A stretch of DNA of 64,000 bases from Nitrospirota bacterium (lineage in GTDB: Bacteria; Nitrospirota; UBA9217). A program made the translations under genes and the position numbers. Positions 19,542 through 28,838 of the stretch are shown piece by piece. The stretch lies in the NCBI GenBank assembly GCA_963749655.1, contig CAVVOB010000016.1:64001-128000 (forward strand), given 5' to 3'. The stretch's first letter is position 1; every line of letters starts with the position of its first letter. The notes beneath the pieces are model-generated. The model was not told the DNA's origin. It worked only from the letters and a program-made list of their open reading frames with translations, and searched no databases.

Positions 19542-19856
19542 TCACTGCATCATGATTGACTGGTTTGCACGACGAAATTGTTCGATGATCTCAGTCGTGG
19601 ACGGCAGATCTGCCGAGACCGCCGGCGCCTTCATGTCCTTCACAAAATAGGCCGTGGTAAACTCATAGCACTCGAGAATCGCCAGGCAGTCCCTGCCGCT
19701 GCAGGTGCCGTAGCTCACGTGGCGGATGTTGCCATCATGTAAAAATATACGGACCAGGTTCTCGCTCTTCTCCCTCACCGCGACAAAAAGTGCGCCGCTC
19801 TTCTTCTCTCCATGAAAATCATGCAGCACATCCCCCAGCATTTTCATCACAGACAT
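19542..19856 (-). CDS. Hypothetical protein, DUF4388/PATAN-like
   Basis: EKKSGALFV...RIFLHDGNIRHVSYG; SD GGAGG. Confidence 0.6.
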   Translation of the reverse strand: MSVMKMLGDVLHDFHGEKKSGALFVAVREKSENLVRIFLHDGNIRHVSYGTCSGRDCLAILECYEFTTAYFVKDMKAPAVSADLPSTTEIIEQFRRANQSIMMQ

Positions 19857-19975
19857 GTTCCCTCCCCTGCGGAATCGTCCCTGAAGATCGGTGTTCCTGA
19901 GTACCGCAGCGCGTGCGTCCAGCGCAAGAACCGCGGGACACTCCGGTCAAGCCCGGTCGCAATCCCGCGGCAGCC

Positions 19976-20341
19976 TCACTGTTTATACTCCCGCAGCGTC
20001 TTCGTCCTTGGTTTCTTCCCCGGCAGCGATTGCACGAACTTCTTCCCTATCCCGATCCATTTATCGAGATCGGCTCGGTTTTTCCACCCCGCTTCCTTCA
20101 CCATGACCCATCCGGCCATCGGTTTTCCCGTGATGTCGAAGGGAAGCGTATTCCTGTCCTTGAGGCTTCTTTCGCTCTCCTCCCTGTCCATGCGCACGAT
20201 CAGAAAGTCTTTATAGATCCCGAAAGCCATATTGCTTTTAAGCAGATAGCAGACGCCTCCGAACATTTTCTTTTTTTCGACATCTTTCCAGCGCTTCGTA
20301 ACCGCATCGATGAGTTCTTCGAGTTTCGTATTATAAGCCAT
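19976..20341 (-). CDS. TfoX/Sxy N-terminal domain protein
   Basis: KKMFGGVCYLL...FDITGKPMAGWVMV. Confidence 0.85.
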   Translation of the reverse strand: MAYNTKLEELIDAVTKRWKDVEKKKMFGGVCYLLKSNMAFGIYKDFLIVRMDREESERSLKDRNTLPFDITGKPMAGWVMVKEAGWKNRADLDKWIGIGKKFVQSLPGKKPRTKTLREYKQ

Positions 20342-20694
20342 AATTATCCGGAGTGGTTCTGTTCAGTCGATTTTGATGCCGTTAAGATAAGGATTCCTCG
20401 ATTAATGAAAAATCTTACTACAAGCAGTTATTAAAGTCCAGTCCCAAAAAAATAAGTTATTATTGGTTATTTGATCTGCATAATGCAGGGATAACCGGGT
20501 ACGACCTGGGACGCGCAGAACCGAAGTGTCCGCCGAGCCCACAATTATACCAAAAGAGCGCCGCCGTGCCGAGCACGGTGAATATTCAGAAAGTTTGAGC
20601 TGACGGCCACTGATCGTGTTGGTCAGTGACAGCATCACCTGCTGAGACCTGTGCGGGCAATTCATGAATTCCGGGACCCGAACATGGGTGGGGC

Positions 20695-20730
20695 AAAAAA
20701 CCAGCCCGACCCATAAGAATGAGTCGGGCT
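20695..20730 (-). terminator. Intrinsic terminator
   Basis: Minus strand AGCCCGACTCAT-tctt-ATGGGTCGGGCT followed by GGTTTTTT. Confidence 0.65.
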
Positions 20731-20774
20731 CGACATTTGTTACGTTAAGTCGTTACATCGATAACCGGAGAAAG

Positions 20775-21548
20775 CTACGGAATGGGAAGCCGAAGCACAA
20801 TTCCCTCGCCGAGTGTGATATCGTCAATGTGCCCCGCGGCTTTGCTGGTGCGTGAAACCAGGTGTATGTGAATGGCATTCTCCCTGCCCGACCCTTCCTT
20901 GATCGCAGGAGCGAACTGGGTAAGAAACACGCCTGCGTGGTGCTCGGAATAGAAGCCGATGATATCAACGGGCTCGTTCTTAATGACAAACGGCTCCTTC
21001 GATTTCAGAAACAACTCCCTGGTAATGGGTTTCCCTTCCGTGCGGTCGACATTGATGTGCCACTTGATCTCCGCGGGCGTTCCCGCAAGCAGGAACGGAA
21101 AAGGCTTTGTTACGTCAATGCCTGCTTCCCGGGCCTGGTCTTTCACGAACGACTGCAGATCGACATAGACCTTTACGGATGCGGGAACAGGGATGTCTTT
21201 CCATTTCGTCTGTTCGGTCCAGACGAGAAAGAACGCGCCGTGCTTCAACGTGGTGTCCAGGGTAAAGTCCTTCCCCCGCATCTGGGTAATATAGGGTTTT
21301 GAGTCGAAGATGGTGATCTCGCCGTCAAGCTCCTCGACCGGCCCCATCGCATACAATCCCTTGCGGCCCGAGAGGTCTTCCAGCGAGACGACGCTTGAAG
21401 CCTTGCCTGTCCTGAAGATGTCCTTCTGAGCGCCTACATATTCCACCAATCCTTCCTTCTTCGCACCAACGATCGCTGCATATGCCGAGATAAGGACTCC
21501 CAGCGTCACGGCGACTGCCAATCCGATTACTATCAGTCTCTTTAACAT
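20775..21548 (-). CDS. Exported alpha-acetolactate decarboxylase-like metalloprotein
   Basis: Signal peptide ending AYA; ELDGEITIFD; GFYS; HIH...GH metal triad. Confidence 0.65.
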   Translation of the reverse strand: MLKRLIVIGLAVAVTLGVLISAYAAIVGAKKEGLVEYVGAQKDIFRTGKASSVVSLEDLSGRKGLYAMGPVEELDGEITIFDSKPYITQMRGKDFTLDTTLKHGAFFLVWTEQTKWKDIPVPASVKVYVDLQSFVKDQAREAGIDVTKPFPFLLAGTPAEIKWHINVDRTEGKPITRELFLKSKEPFVIKNEPVDIIGFYSEHHAGVFLTQFAPAIKEGSGRENAIHIHLVSRTSKAAGHIDDITLGEGIVLRLPIP

Positions 21549-21601
21549 GTAACAATCTCCTTTTTATATAAATTCGACATTCTGAATTCCACATTCAGCA
21601 T

Positions 21602-22798
21602 TCAGAACGTCGGTGTAGGCACGCTTCCCCACCCGCTGCCATGGGCCAGGTCTTTAACGTCCAGCAGATGCATTGTATGCACTTCCACGTCAGCGAAGAA
21701 CTGCGGCACCCGCAAAGCATTGATGGAAAACAGATCGGAAGGCGTCTTCATATCCACATCCTCAATGGAGAGGAAAATCAGCCTTCTCATTGTGCCGTGC
21801 GCCATTCCTCCGCCTGCTTCGCTCTGGCTCGCGTGCATGCTTCCGTGCATTGCGTGATGTCCCTCCCGCAGATGCCCGAAAGGGTTGAAGATCCAGTCCG
21901 TGATCATGGACAGGGAATGGTGCTGATTAAAAAGCTTCCAGTCCCCGCCGGTATCTGCGATCATCCCCTGCATAATGTAATTTTGCGGGATAAAGTAGAC
22001 GAGATACCTTTTGTCCTGCCGCAGACGTTCTGCTACCTCCTTAAGTGCGAGAATATCAGCCATGCGGTGGTCCATCTTGAATTCATCCTCCGGAAGAATT
22101 GCGACGGCGGTAACGTTATGCGCCTTTGTCCAGAGGGTGAGATGGTCTATCGTGTATGACCGGAGCAGAAAACCCGCGCCCATGACAACTGCGATGATAC
22201 CAAGGGCAAGCGCGGCCTTTCCCGTACGTGACGGGGGAGTCAGCGTTCTCTCGATGACTCCGGGCAGAAACATACCGGTCCTGGCCATGTATTTCCGATA
22301 AACCTCTTCATGGGCGCTCAACATCCGCCGCTCCTCGTCCTTTGCGAGAACATAGTACACGATCGCCATGAGCAGCCAGAGGACGAGCGTCAGGAACCGC
22401 GGCCATAAAATGGACAGACCCAGACCGGCAATCCCGAGAGCAAGGTACTGGGGATGACGAATGACGGAATAGAGACCTCCGAGCACCGCCCCCTTTTTCG
22501 TGAACTTGGCCGCATAGATCTGGAATGCGCACAGGAAAAAGACTGCAATACCCGCTACGAACAGGACCGATCCCATGACGCGAACAAACTGCAGGAACCA
22601 GTCCTGCGGCAGCACCATGTGGGGCAGGTAGAATGCGCTGAGCCATCGGGTCGATGGACGCTCCGCGAGACTTAAAAGCATGGGGTTGAAGACCGAGTAA
22701 AAGAAGCCCGCAAAGGGGCTGATCATGATCAGCACTTCAAAGGCAATGACGAAGTAGAGAACAAGCGCGCTCTCGAGGAGCGTCTTCCTGGTATTCAT
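21602..22798 (-). CDS. Isoprenylcysteine carboxyl methyltransferase / PEMT-like membrane protein with C-terminal extension
   Basis: GLYSVIRHPQY...DEERRM...YRKYMART.MFLP; His-rich loop in the C-terminal domain. Confidence 0.75.
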   Translation of the reverse strand: MNTRKTLLESALVLYFVIAFEVLIMISPFAGFFYSVFNPMLLSLAERPSTRWLSAFYLPHMVLPQDWFLQFVRVMGSVLFVAGIAVFFLCAFQIYAAKFTKKGAVLGGLYSVIRHPQYLALGIAGLGLSILWPRFLTLVLWLLMAIVYYVLAKDEERRMLSAHEEVYRKYMARTGMFLPGVIERTLTPPSRTGKAALALGIIAVVMGAGFLLRSYTIDHLTLWTKAHNVTAVAILPEDEFKMDHRMADILALKEVAERLRQDKRYLVYFIPQNYIMQGMIADTGGDWKLFNQHHSLSMITDWIFNPFGHLREGHHAMHGSMHASQSEAGGGMAHGTMRRLIFLSIEDVDMKTPSDLFSINALRVPQFFADVEVHTMHLLDVKDLAHGSGWGSVPTPTF

Positions 22799-22946
22799 AG
22801 GACCTCCGTGAGAATATGATTCAAATTTCCGACGACAAATGACAAACAAGCTCCCCAACCTGAATTTCAAAGCCCTCGGGGCACATTGAAACTTCGCATT
22901 CGGTCATTGTTTGAGATTTGCCTTCGCTATGAAACTTGGCGCAGGA

Positions 22947-23270
22947 TTACGCTTGTGGAGGTCTCAGGAGTCCGTCCGGCAAAGCATCCACGTAAGTGTC
23001 GTCGAGGAGCAGCCGGGCATTCTTGACGGGATAGAGTTCGAACGTAGGGATCGTCTTGGGAACGGCGAAGATAAACAACGGCGGATGGCTTATTGACGAG
23101 GCGGATGAAATCTTGTTCTGGCCGTCGGGAGACAGGCTGTGGACCTGCTTCATTGAACAATTGCCGCACGATTTGACGACGCTGGTTTTCCCTGCAAAAC
23201 CGTGGGGGCACGTATTCTGGAGCAGGAGTGCAAAAGCAAGGACGAATATGATCGGCGCCAGCCTTAACAT
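22947..23270 (-). CDS. Small exported Cys/His protein (DUF2946-like)
   Basis: Signal/TM segment, CPHG, CGNC, C-terminal RPP. Confidence 0.55.
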   Translation of the reverse strand: MLRLAPIIFVLAFALLLQNTCPHGFAGKTSVVKSCGNCSMKQVHSLSPDGQNKISSASSISHPPLFIFAVPKTIPTFELYPVKNARLLLDDTYVDALPDGLLRPPQA

Positions 23271-23307
23271 TTGACGGTACTATAAATGCATAGCCGTCAA
23301 ATGTCAA
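23267..23307 (-). promoter_or_regulatory. Near-consensus promoter overlapped by an 11-bp inverted repeat
   Basis: TTGACA-N17-TATAGT on the minus strand; ACATTTGACGG-N16-CCGTCAAATGT. Confidence 0.7.
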
Positions 23308-23373
23308 TGCCTTTTGATGTTGTCGCCCTGTCCTTCCGCAATACATACGAAGGCAGTGGATTCAGCGAAGTCT

Positions 23374-23964
23374 CTACCGGATGAAGACTTTTAAGTCCTC
23401 CTGAAGCTTGGACGTCTTCTTCCTGACAACATCAAGATGATCCTTGAGAGGACGATCCTGAAGGAACGTCCGGTCAAGGTCCTCAACCGCCTGGGAAAGG
23501 TCTTTGCTTCTTTCCTTGATCGCGATTAACTTTCGCTGCAAATCGCTCCGCATCGCGTCCAGCCTGAGGGCGAATTCCTGAAATTCATCCTCTTCCCGCA
23601 GGACCACGGGATTCATAAGATCGCCAGACGTGATCCGCCCTATGTCCTTTTTCAATATAAACAGAGGAATTGCAAGTTTTTTCCAAAGTGCGTGAATCGC
23701 ATAGAGCAGCAGAAGGACAAACAGAAGCAGCGCGGTTCCGTGGGTATACAAGGCTGTAGGAAACAGCATGTCGGCAGCGGACCGGACCGAGAGATGGGTT
23801 GAATACAGAGCATCCTGAAGCCGTACTTTGACGAAATGGGAAAAAAGCAGGGCAGCTGTCACCGACCATATCGTCGAGATGATCGCGAACCTCAGAATAA
23901 ATCGGGTCTGAAAATCCTTGTCTATGAAGAAGTTTCTTCTTCGGTTTCTCTTGGCTATGCTCAT
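23374..23964 (-). CDS. Membrane protein, 2 TM + HAMP + short coiled coil
   Basis: RRRNFFIDKDFQTRF...AIPLF...GDL...LREEDEFQE. Confidence 0.75.
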   Translation of the reverse strand: MSIAKRNRRRNFFIDKDFQTRFILRFAIISTIWSVTAALLFSHFVKVRLQDALYSTHLSVRSAADMLFPTALYTHGTALLLFVLLLLYAIHALWKKLAIPLFILKKDIGRITSGDLMNPVVLREEDEFQEFALRLDAMRSDLQRKLIAIKERSKDLSQAVEDLDRTFLQDRPLKDHLDVVRKKTSKLQEDLKVFIR

Positions 23965-23976
23965 GGATTCGCTCCT

Positions 23977-24783
23977 CTATTTGTCATGACATTCCAGGCA
24001 GAGCTGCGCCCTGTCGTTGTTCACAACAAGCTTCTTCTTCTCCGTTGAATACGGATCGTGACATGACGCGCACCCCACCATTCCATCGACCAGCAGGACC
24101 TTTTTATTCAGCTGGCCGATCGGCCGCAGTCCGCCCTTTGACCTTACCGCGCGCCGGTACTTCACGCCGATGGGGTGACTGGCCTGAGGATCGTAGCCAT
24201 GGCTGAACACGCCGACCTTGACATCGTCTCTGCCTCCCAGCGATCCGTCATGGCAGGACAGACAGGCCATCGAAATGTTGTCGATCAGTCCGCCCTGCCC
24301 TTCGGTATACTTCATGTGCGCGACACCCATGGTCTGGGTATGATCGCTTTTCTGACCGGCGGTAGTGACATTGCCCCCCGGATGACAAGACGCGCAGAAC
24401 GACCGGCCGGTGAGATCTCGGCGAAGATAATACCATGTTCCTTCATAATTGGACGGAGCCGATGCGTGGATATTATGACAAGTAACACAGGTCATCTTCC
24501 CTTCACCGGACAGAGGGAGGTCTGCAGGAAGCGTGACATGGGCCGGCGACATGTCTACGGGGTGTGATAGATAATCGTTCTTGCTGTCGTGGCATCGGGC
24601 GCACAGTGTTCCGACGGGAGCGACCAGGGTGAGCGTGCTGCGGTCGTTCTTGACAGGCGTCGAAGCATGGCAGTCGGCGCATTGATTTTCCGTGAATTCA
24701 TGGCCGTTCTGCTTCAGCGCCGAATGGACGACGAATGCCGCAACGATGCAGCAGATGACAATGCCGATGATTTTTTTCAACAT
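23977..24783 (-). CDS. Multiheme c-type cytochrome (7 CXXCH)
   Basis: CADCH, CARCH, CVTCH, CASCH, CLSCH, CASCH, CLECH; SHPV and SHPI motifs; N-terminal TM/signal. Confidence 0.92.
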   Translation of the reverse strand: MLKKIIGIVICCIVAAFVVHSALKQNGHEFTENQCADCHASTPVKNDRSTLTLVAPVGTLCARCHDSKNDYLSHPVDMSPAHVTLPADLPLSGEGKMTCVTCHNIHASAPSNYEGTWYYLRRDLTGRSFCASCHPGGNVTTAGQKSDHTQTMGVAHMKYTEGQGGLIDNISMACLSCHDGSLGGRDDVKVGVFSHGYDPQASHPIGVKYRRAVRSKGGLRPIGQLNKKVLLVDGMVGCASCHDPYSTEKKKLVVNNDRAQLCLECHDK

Positions 24784-25358
24784 GTTTTTATCTCCGCGAG
24801 GAGAGCTTCCATGCTCTTCACCGAGTCCGTCAGGCCTCCTATTGCGCGTGCGACTGCGGCTTTATCCCGGCCCTGCTGCAGACCGGCGGCCAGCGATTCC
24901 GTCTCCGCTGCAACCTTGTCTGCGTGCCGTTCAAGGGAGCCGATCAGCTCTCCGTACCGGAAGGCCGATGTTTTCAGAGAATCCGCCACATCGGCAAGAT
25001 GGTCCCCGGTGCGCAGCTTGAATGACGCTTTCACGTTTCCTTTTCCGATCAACTCGGCCTCACGGCTCAGCCTGAATGCCGGCCCTGCAATACGATGGGA
25101 AAAAAATACGTGAATGAACGTTATCGCAAAGATAACGATGAGCGTCGCCATGGCATAGAGCCCGGCAACCTGGCCTGCCAGTCGGAGCTGCATTCTGTGG
25201 ATCGCGGCGAGCGCACTACTGTACCCCTGGTTCAGACCGGAGGAAAAAATAGAGAGGAACACAAGACCGAGACAAAGTGCGCCAGATGATACAATGATCA
25301 AGGTATAGATAAATACTTTGCGGTAGTACGTACGAGAAAACGATGCCGCTGCGTCCAT
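24777..25358 (-). CDS. Membrane protein, 2 TM + HAMP + short coiled coil
   Basis: SHRIAGPAFRL...GNV...LRTGDHL; SD AGGAGG before ATG 25358. Confidence 0.75.
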   Translation of the reverse strand: MDAAASFSRTYYRKVFIYTLIIVSSGALCLGLVFLSIFSSGLNQGYSSALAAIHRMQLRLAGQVAGLYAMATLIVIFAITFIHVFFSHRIAGPAFRLSREAELIGKGNVKASFKLRTGDHLADVADSLKTSAFRYGELIGSLERHADKVAAETESLAAGLQQGRDKAAVARAIGGLTDSVKSMEALLAEIKTC

Positions 25359-25898
25359 ACGCGCCTCCTGGTTGTATATCATAGCTGCGTTCAGTATTCT
25401 TCAACAGAGTTGACGGACGGTATTCTTATCGGTATGATCGGAGAAGAACTTTACTCATTTCGGGAGTTTTATTTCGGCTCTGCAAGAGGAGCACCATGAA
25501 GCGTACTTGGTCGTTTCGTTATTAAAGCAGGCCTGCACCAGTCGGACGATTTCCCCATCAAAGATGCGGCGGCATGGGCCGGAACGCCGGATACCCTTCC
25601 CCTGGATGCTTTCCAAAAAGCGTAAAAAACCTGCATGATGTTACAGCAGGAAGCAGGCAAAAAAAATCTCCTTCTGCGCCCCCGTGAGTGCCGCGGAAAG
25701 CAAAAAGAGAACGATCGCATGACACTTGATAAAACAGATGTTAAGAAAAGCATTCCTCTCTTCAATCTTGATCGTCCGGTATTAAAGGCCGCTCAAGGAG
25801 AAGAGAGAAAACACATTTTTTTCGCGGTTGTTCGAAAGTTAACGAACAGCCCAAAGTGTCTTTTCGTTCCTTTTAATCCTGGCGCCGGTCAATGTTCA

Positions 25899-26222
25899 CT
25901 ACTCAACGCCGATTACACCGTTATAAGTGCCGAACGAGTTTGGGACCAGATCTGCTCCAGGGATGTTTTGCGCCCAGGCCCCGTCGACAAAATATTTGAA
26001 TTCGTGTCTTCCCGGCGATAGTTTGACCTTTACCCGCCACGTTCCATCCCTGTCTTTCTTCATCGGCGTTGCCGATGTGCTCCAGTTATTGAATTTTCCC
26101 GCGATGAAGACTTTACGGGCATTGGGAGCAGAGAACGAAAATTCGACTTCATGCATGGAACCGGAAATTGCCGGTTTACTCAAGGACTCTTTCACCTTCC
26201 TGACGACTTCTAATGCTGCCAT
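25899..26222 (-). CDS. Glycogen-binding CBM48 / isoamylase early-set domain protein
   Basis: APNARKVFIAGKFNNW...GTW...LSPGRHEFKYFVDGAW...NSFG. Confidence 0.88.
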   Translation of the reverse strand: MAALEVVRKVKESLSKPAISGSMHEVEFSFSAPNARKVFIAGKFNNWSTSATPMKKDRDGTWRVKVKLSPGRHEFKYFVDGAWAQNIPGADLVPNSFGTYNGVIGVE

Positions 26223-26470
26223 TGCGGTCACCTCCTGATGAATTTGCAGTCACTTTTGTTTAAGGGAATCTCCTGCAGAGCACAATAGATATAATAGCAT
26301 ATTCTTGACCGATTTCCCTGATGCAGTTTTTTCTCTCTTTTCAGAGGCATTCCCTGATACTAAAGTTCGCAACGGAAATCACTATCAGGGGAAGGGGTCA
26401 CACGCACAAATGCTCCGGGACAGAGCTCGTTTTGGCTTTGACGACACATCTTTTCCCGTGCTCTCCAACA

Positions 26471-26498
26471 TTGACAATGAAAGCGCGTTCGGTATAAT
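26471..26498 (+). promoter_or_regulatory. Consensus sigma70 promoter
   Basis: TTGACA-N16-TATAAT upstream of the M20 peptidase. Confidence 0.7.
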
Positions 26499-26552
26499 GG
26501 CATCACCAAAGCAATCAAAAGGACACTCTCGAACGGAGGATGGTCACTATCC

Positions 26553-27945
26553 ATGGGGAAGACGGACAGATGCGGATCAGCGCTCAACTATTTTGAACAG
26601 CACCGGAAGGACTGTCTGGGAGATCTTACAGATCTTATCCGAATTCCGAGCATAAGTTTTCCCGGCTTCGACGCCGCGCCGGTGAAACAGTGCGCCGGCG
26701 CCGTGGCTGGTCTGCTCAAAAAATGCGGGTTCCGCGACGTCCTCCTTCTCGAAGCGGATGCTGGTTATCCGTCCGTGTTCGGCCAGTGGACGGGATCGTC
26801 CGACAGCCCGACCGTCCTTTTGTATGCCCATTATGATGTCCAGCCCACAGGCAGGGGCGAGTTGTGGAAATCTCCGCCCTTCGATCCGGTTGTGCGGAAC
26901 GGCCGGCTCTACGGCCGCGGCGCCTCCGATGACAAGGCGGGCGTGGCCATGCACGCAGCTGCCGTGCGCTCCTATCTCGAGGGAAGCGGATCGCTCCCGG
27001 TGAACGTCAAGGTCCTGATAGAAGGAGAAGAAGAAGTCGGTTCATCCAATCTTGAGCGCATCCTTGAGCGGCATATCGACCTTCTTGCCGCCGACCTGGT
27101 TGTGATCGCCGACAGCGAAAACTTCGATAGCGGCGTTCCCACGCTTACTGCTTCCCTTCGGGGCATCGTGACCGTCAATGTGGAGGTTCGCTCCCTGAGA
27201 TCGAGCGTGCATTCGGGGACCTGGGGCGGTCCTCTTCCCGATCCCGTCATAGCGCTCTCGAAAATGATCGCGACCCTTGTCGACGACGAAGGCCGACCGG
27301 CCGTGCCGGGCCTGCTTGATCGCGTGCGGAAGCTTGCGCCGTCGGAACGGGCGGCGCTTGATGCGCTACCTTTTGACGAGGCCCTGTACCGGAAACAGTC
27401 CACTCTGCTCGCGGGAGGCGGGGTAATCGGCGGGACCGGGATCGGTTTACGAAAAAATGTGGCGCCGGCCGTCCATTGCCGTGAATGCGATCGAAGCAAG
27501 CAGCCGGAAACAGGCCGCAAACATCATCAATGATGTCGCCTGGGCGCGTATCGGCGTGCGGACGGTTCCGGACATGGACCCAGGGGAAGTTCTGGATCTT
27601 CTCACGAACCATCTGAAAAAGCACGCGCCCTGGGGTGTTGAGGTTGCCATCAAGCCCGAGTCGCCGTCGCCCTGGTGGGAAACCGATACCAAGGGCCCCG
27701 TATTTGCAGCTGCGCTCAGGTCGCTTGAGCTTGGATACGGTCGTAAACCGGTAGTGGCCGGCGCCGGGGGCTCGATCCCCTTTGTGCAGACCATAACCGA
27801 GGCCCTCGGCAAGGTGCCGGCGCTCCTGCTCGGCGTCGGCGATCCCTACACGGCTGCGCATTCGGAAAATGAAAGCCTGCTCCTGTCGGACTGGGACAAA
27901 GGCTGCCGCAGTATGATCCATTTGTTTGACGAACTCGCGAAGTAA
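26553..27945 (+). CDS. M20 family dipeptidase; one frameshift near 27440
   Basis: YAHYDVQP, YGRGASDDKAG, EGEEEVGS, HSG, GGSIPF, HSENE. Confidence 0.9.
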
Positions 27946-28012
27946 CGAGGTTGACTTTCCCGAAAAAGCATTCTTGATTTAACCGATAAACGGCAGTTGG
28001 AGCCGGAGGAAT

Positions 28013-28735
28013 ATGTCGGGGAAAAAACAGGTTCTCATCGTCTGCCAGACCGCAGCAGGACAGATGTATCTCGGCATCCTGTTGAACCGCATCTGGTACA
28101 CACCGCTCCTGGCGAAATCGCCCGAGGAAGGGGTCCATCTTTCTCAGACCACGTCCTTCTCGCTCGTGCTGTACGATGCTGATGTTTCTCGACTCGAATT
28201 ACTGCCTGCGATTACCCTTCTCAAGACCGCCACTTCACTCAAGGACGTGCCCCTCGCTGTTTTCATAACCGATGACAATCCTGTCCTCAATCGGCAGATC
28301 CTCGACCTGGGATGCTCGGCGATCCTGACCAAACCGCTCGACCTCTCGATCGTCTACGGCGTCCTGGGCAGGCTCAGCGGACAGCCGAGAAGCTCGTTCC
28401 GCGTTCCAGTGAAGATGCGGGTGGAAATAGAGGAAGGCGTTCCGGACACGTATCTGACAAGCGTGAATATTTCCGAGGGAGGAATCTACCTGAGGACCGC
28501 CGAGCCCCTTCCCGCGGGCGAGGTGCTTCATATTCGATTCACCCTTCCCCATGATTCGCGGGAAATCAAGCTGGCGGCCGAAGTCGTTCGCAGCCTGTCG
28601 CTCGGCATACAGCTCGAAGCCGAGCCGGGGATGGGACTCCGTTTCATCGACGCGCCCGACGACACGCTGGGGAGAATCAAAAACTTTGTTCAATGGGAAA
28701 TGATGGGAGATTTGGAGCGGAAATCGGGGATGTAA
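28013..28735 (+). CDS. Atypical receiver domain + PilZ domain protein
   Basis: REC-like fold ending ILTKP; PilZ RSSFR and NISEGG motifs, GMGLRF. Confidence 0.85.
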   Translation: MSGKKQVLIVCQTAAGQMYLGILLNRIWYTPLLAKSPEEGVHLSQTTSFSLVLYDADVSRLELLPAITLLKTATSLKDVPLAVFITDDNPVLNRQILDLGCSAILTKPLDLSIVYGVLGRLSGQPRSSFRVPVKMRVEIEEGVPDTYLTSVNISEGGIYLRTAEPLPAGEVLHIRFTLPHDSREIKLAAEVVRSLSLGIQLEAEPGMGLRFIDAPDDTLGRIKNFVQWEMMGDLERKSGM

Positions 28736-28781
28736 CACAGGTTTATCATAGTCACCGGGGCCGATGCAGACTTCGTTCGAC

Positions 28782-28823
28782 AAAAAAAGCCCGCTCAGGG
28801 AAAATACCTTGAGCGGGCTTTTT
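28782..28823. terminator. Bidirectional intrinsic terminator
   Basis: AAAAAAAGCCCGCTCAGGG-aaaata-CCTTGAGCGGGCTTTTT. Confidence 0.85.
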
Positions 28824-28838
28824 AATGTGAGGATTGTG

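Noticed and set aside
11342-20677. 14-bp match ATGAATTCCGGGAC at 11342 and 20664 as att sites or a target duplication
   Set aside because: No integrase, transposase or tRNA is nearby, and one match of this length in 64 kb is compatible with chance.
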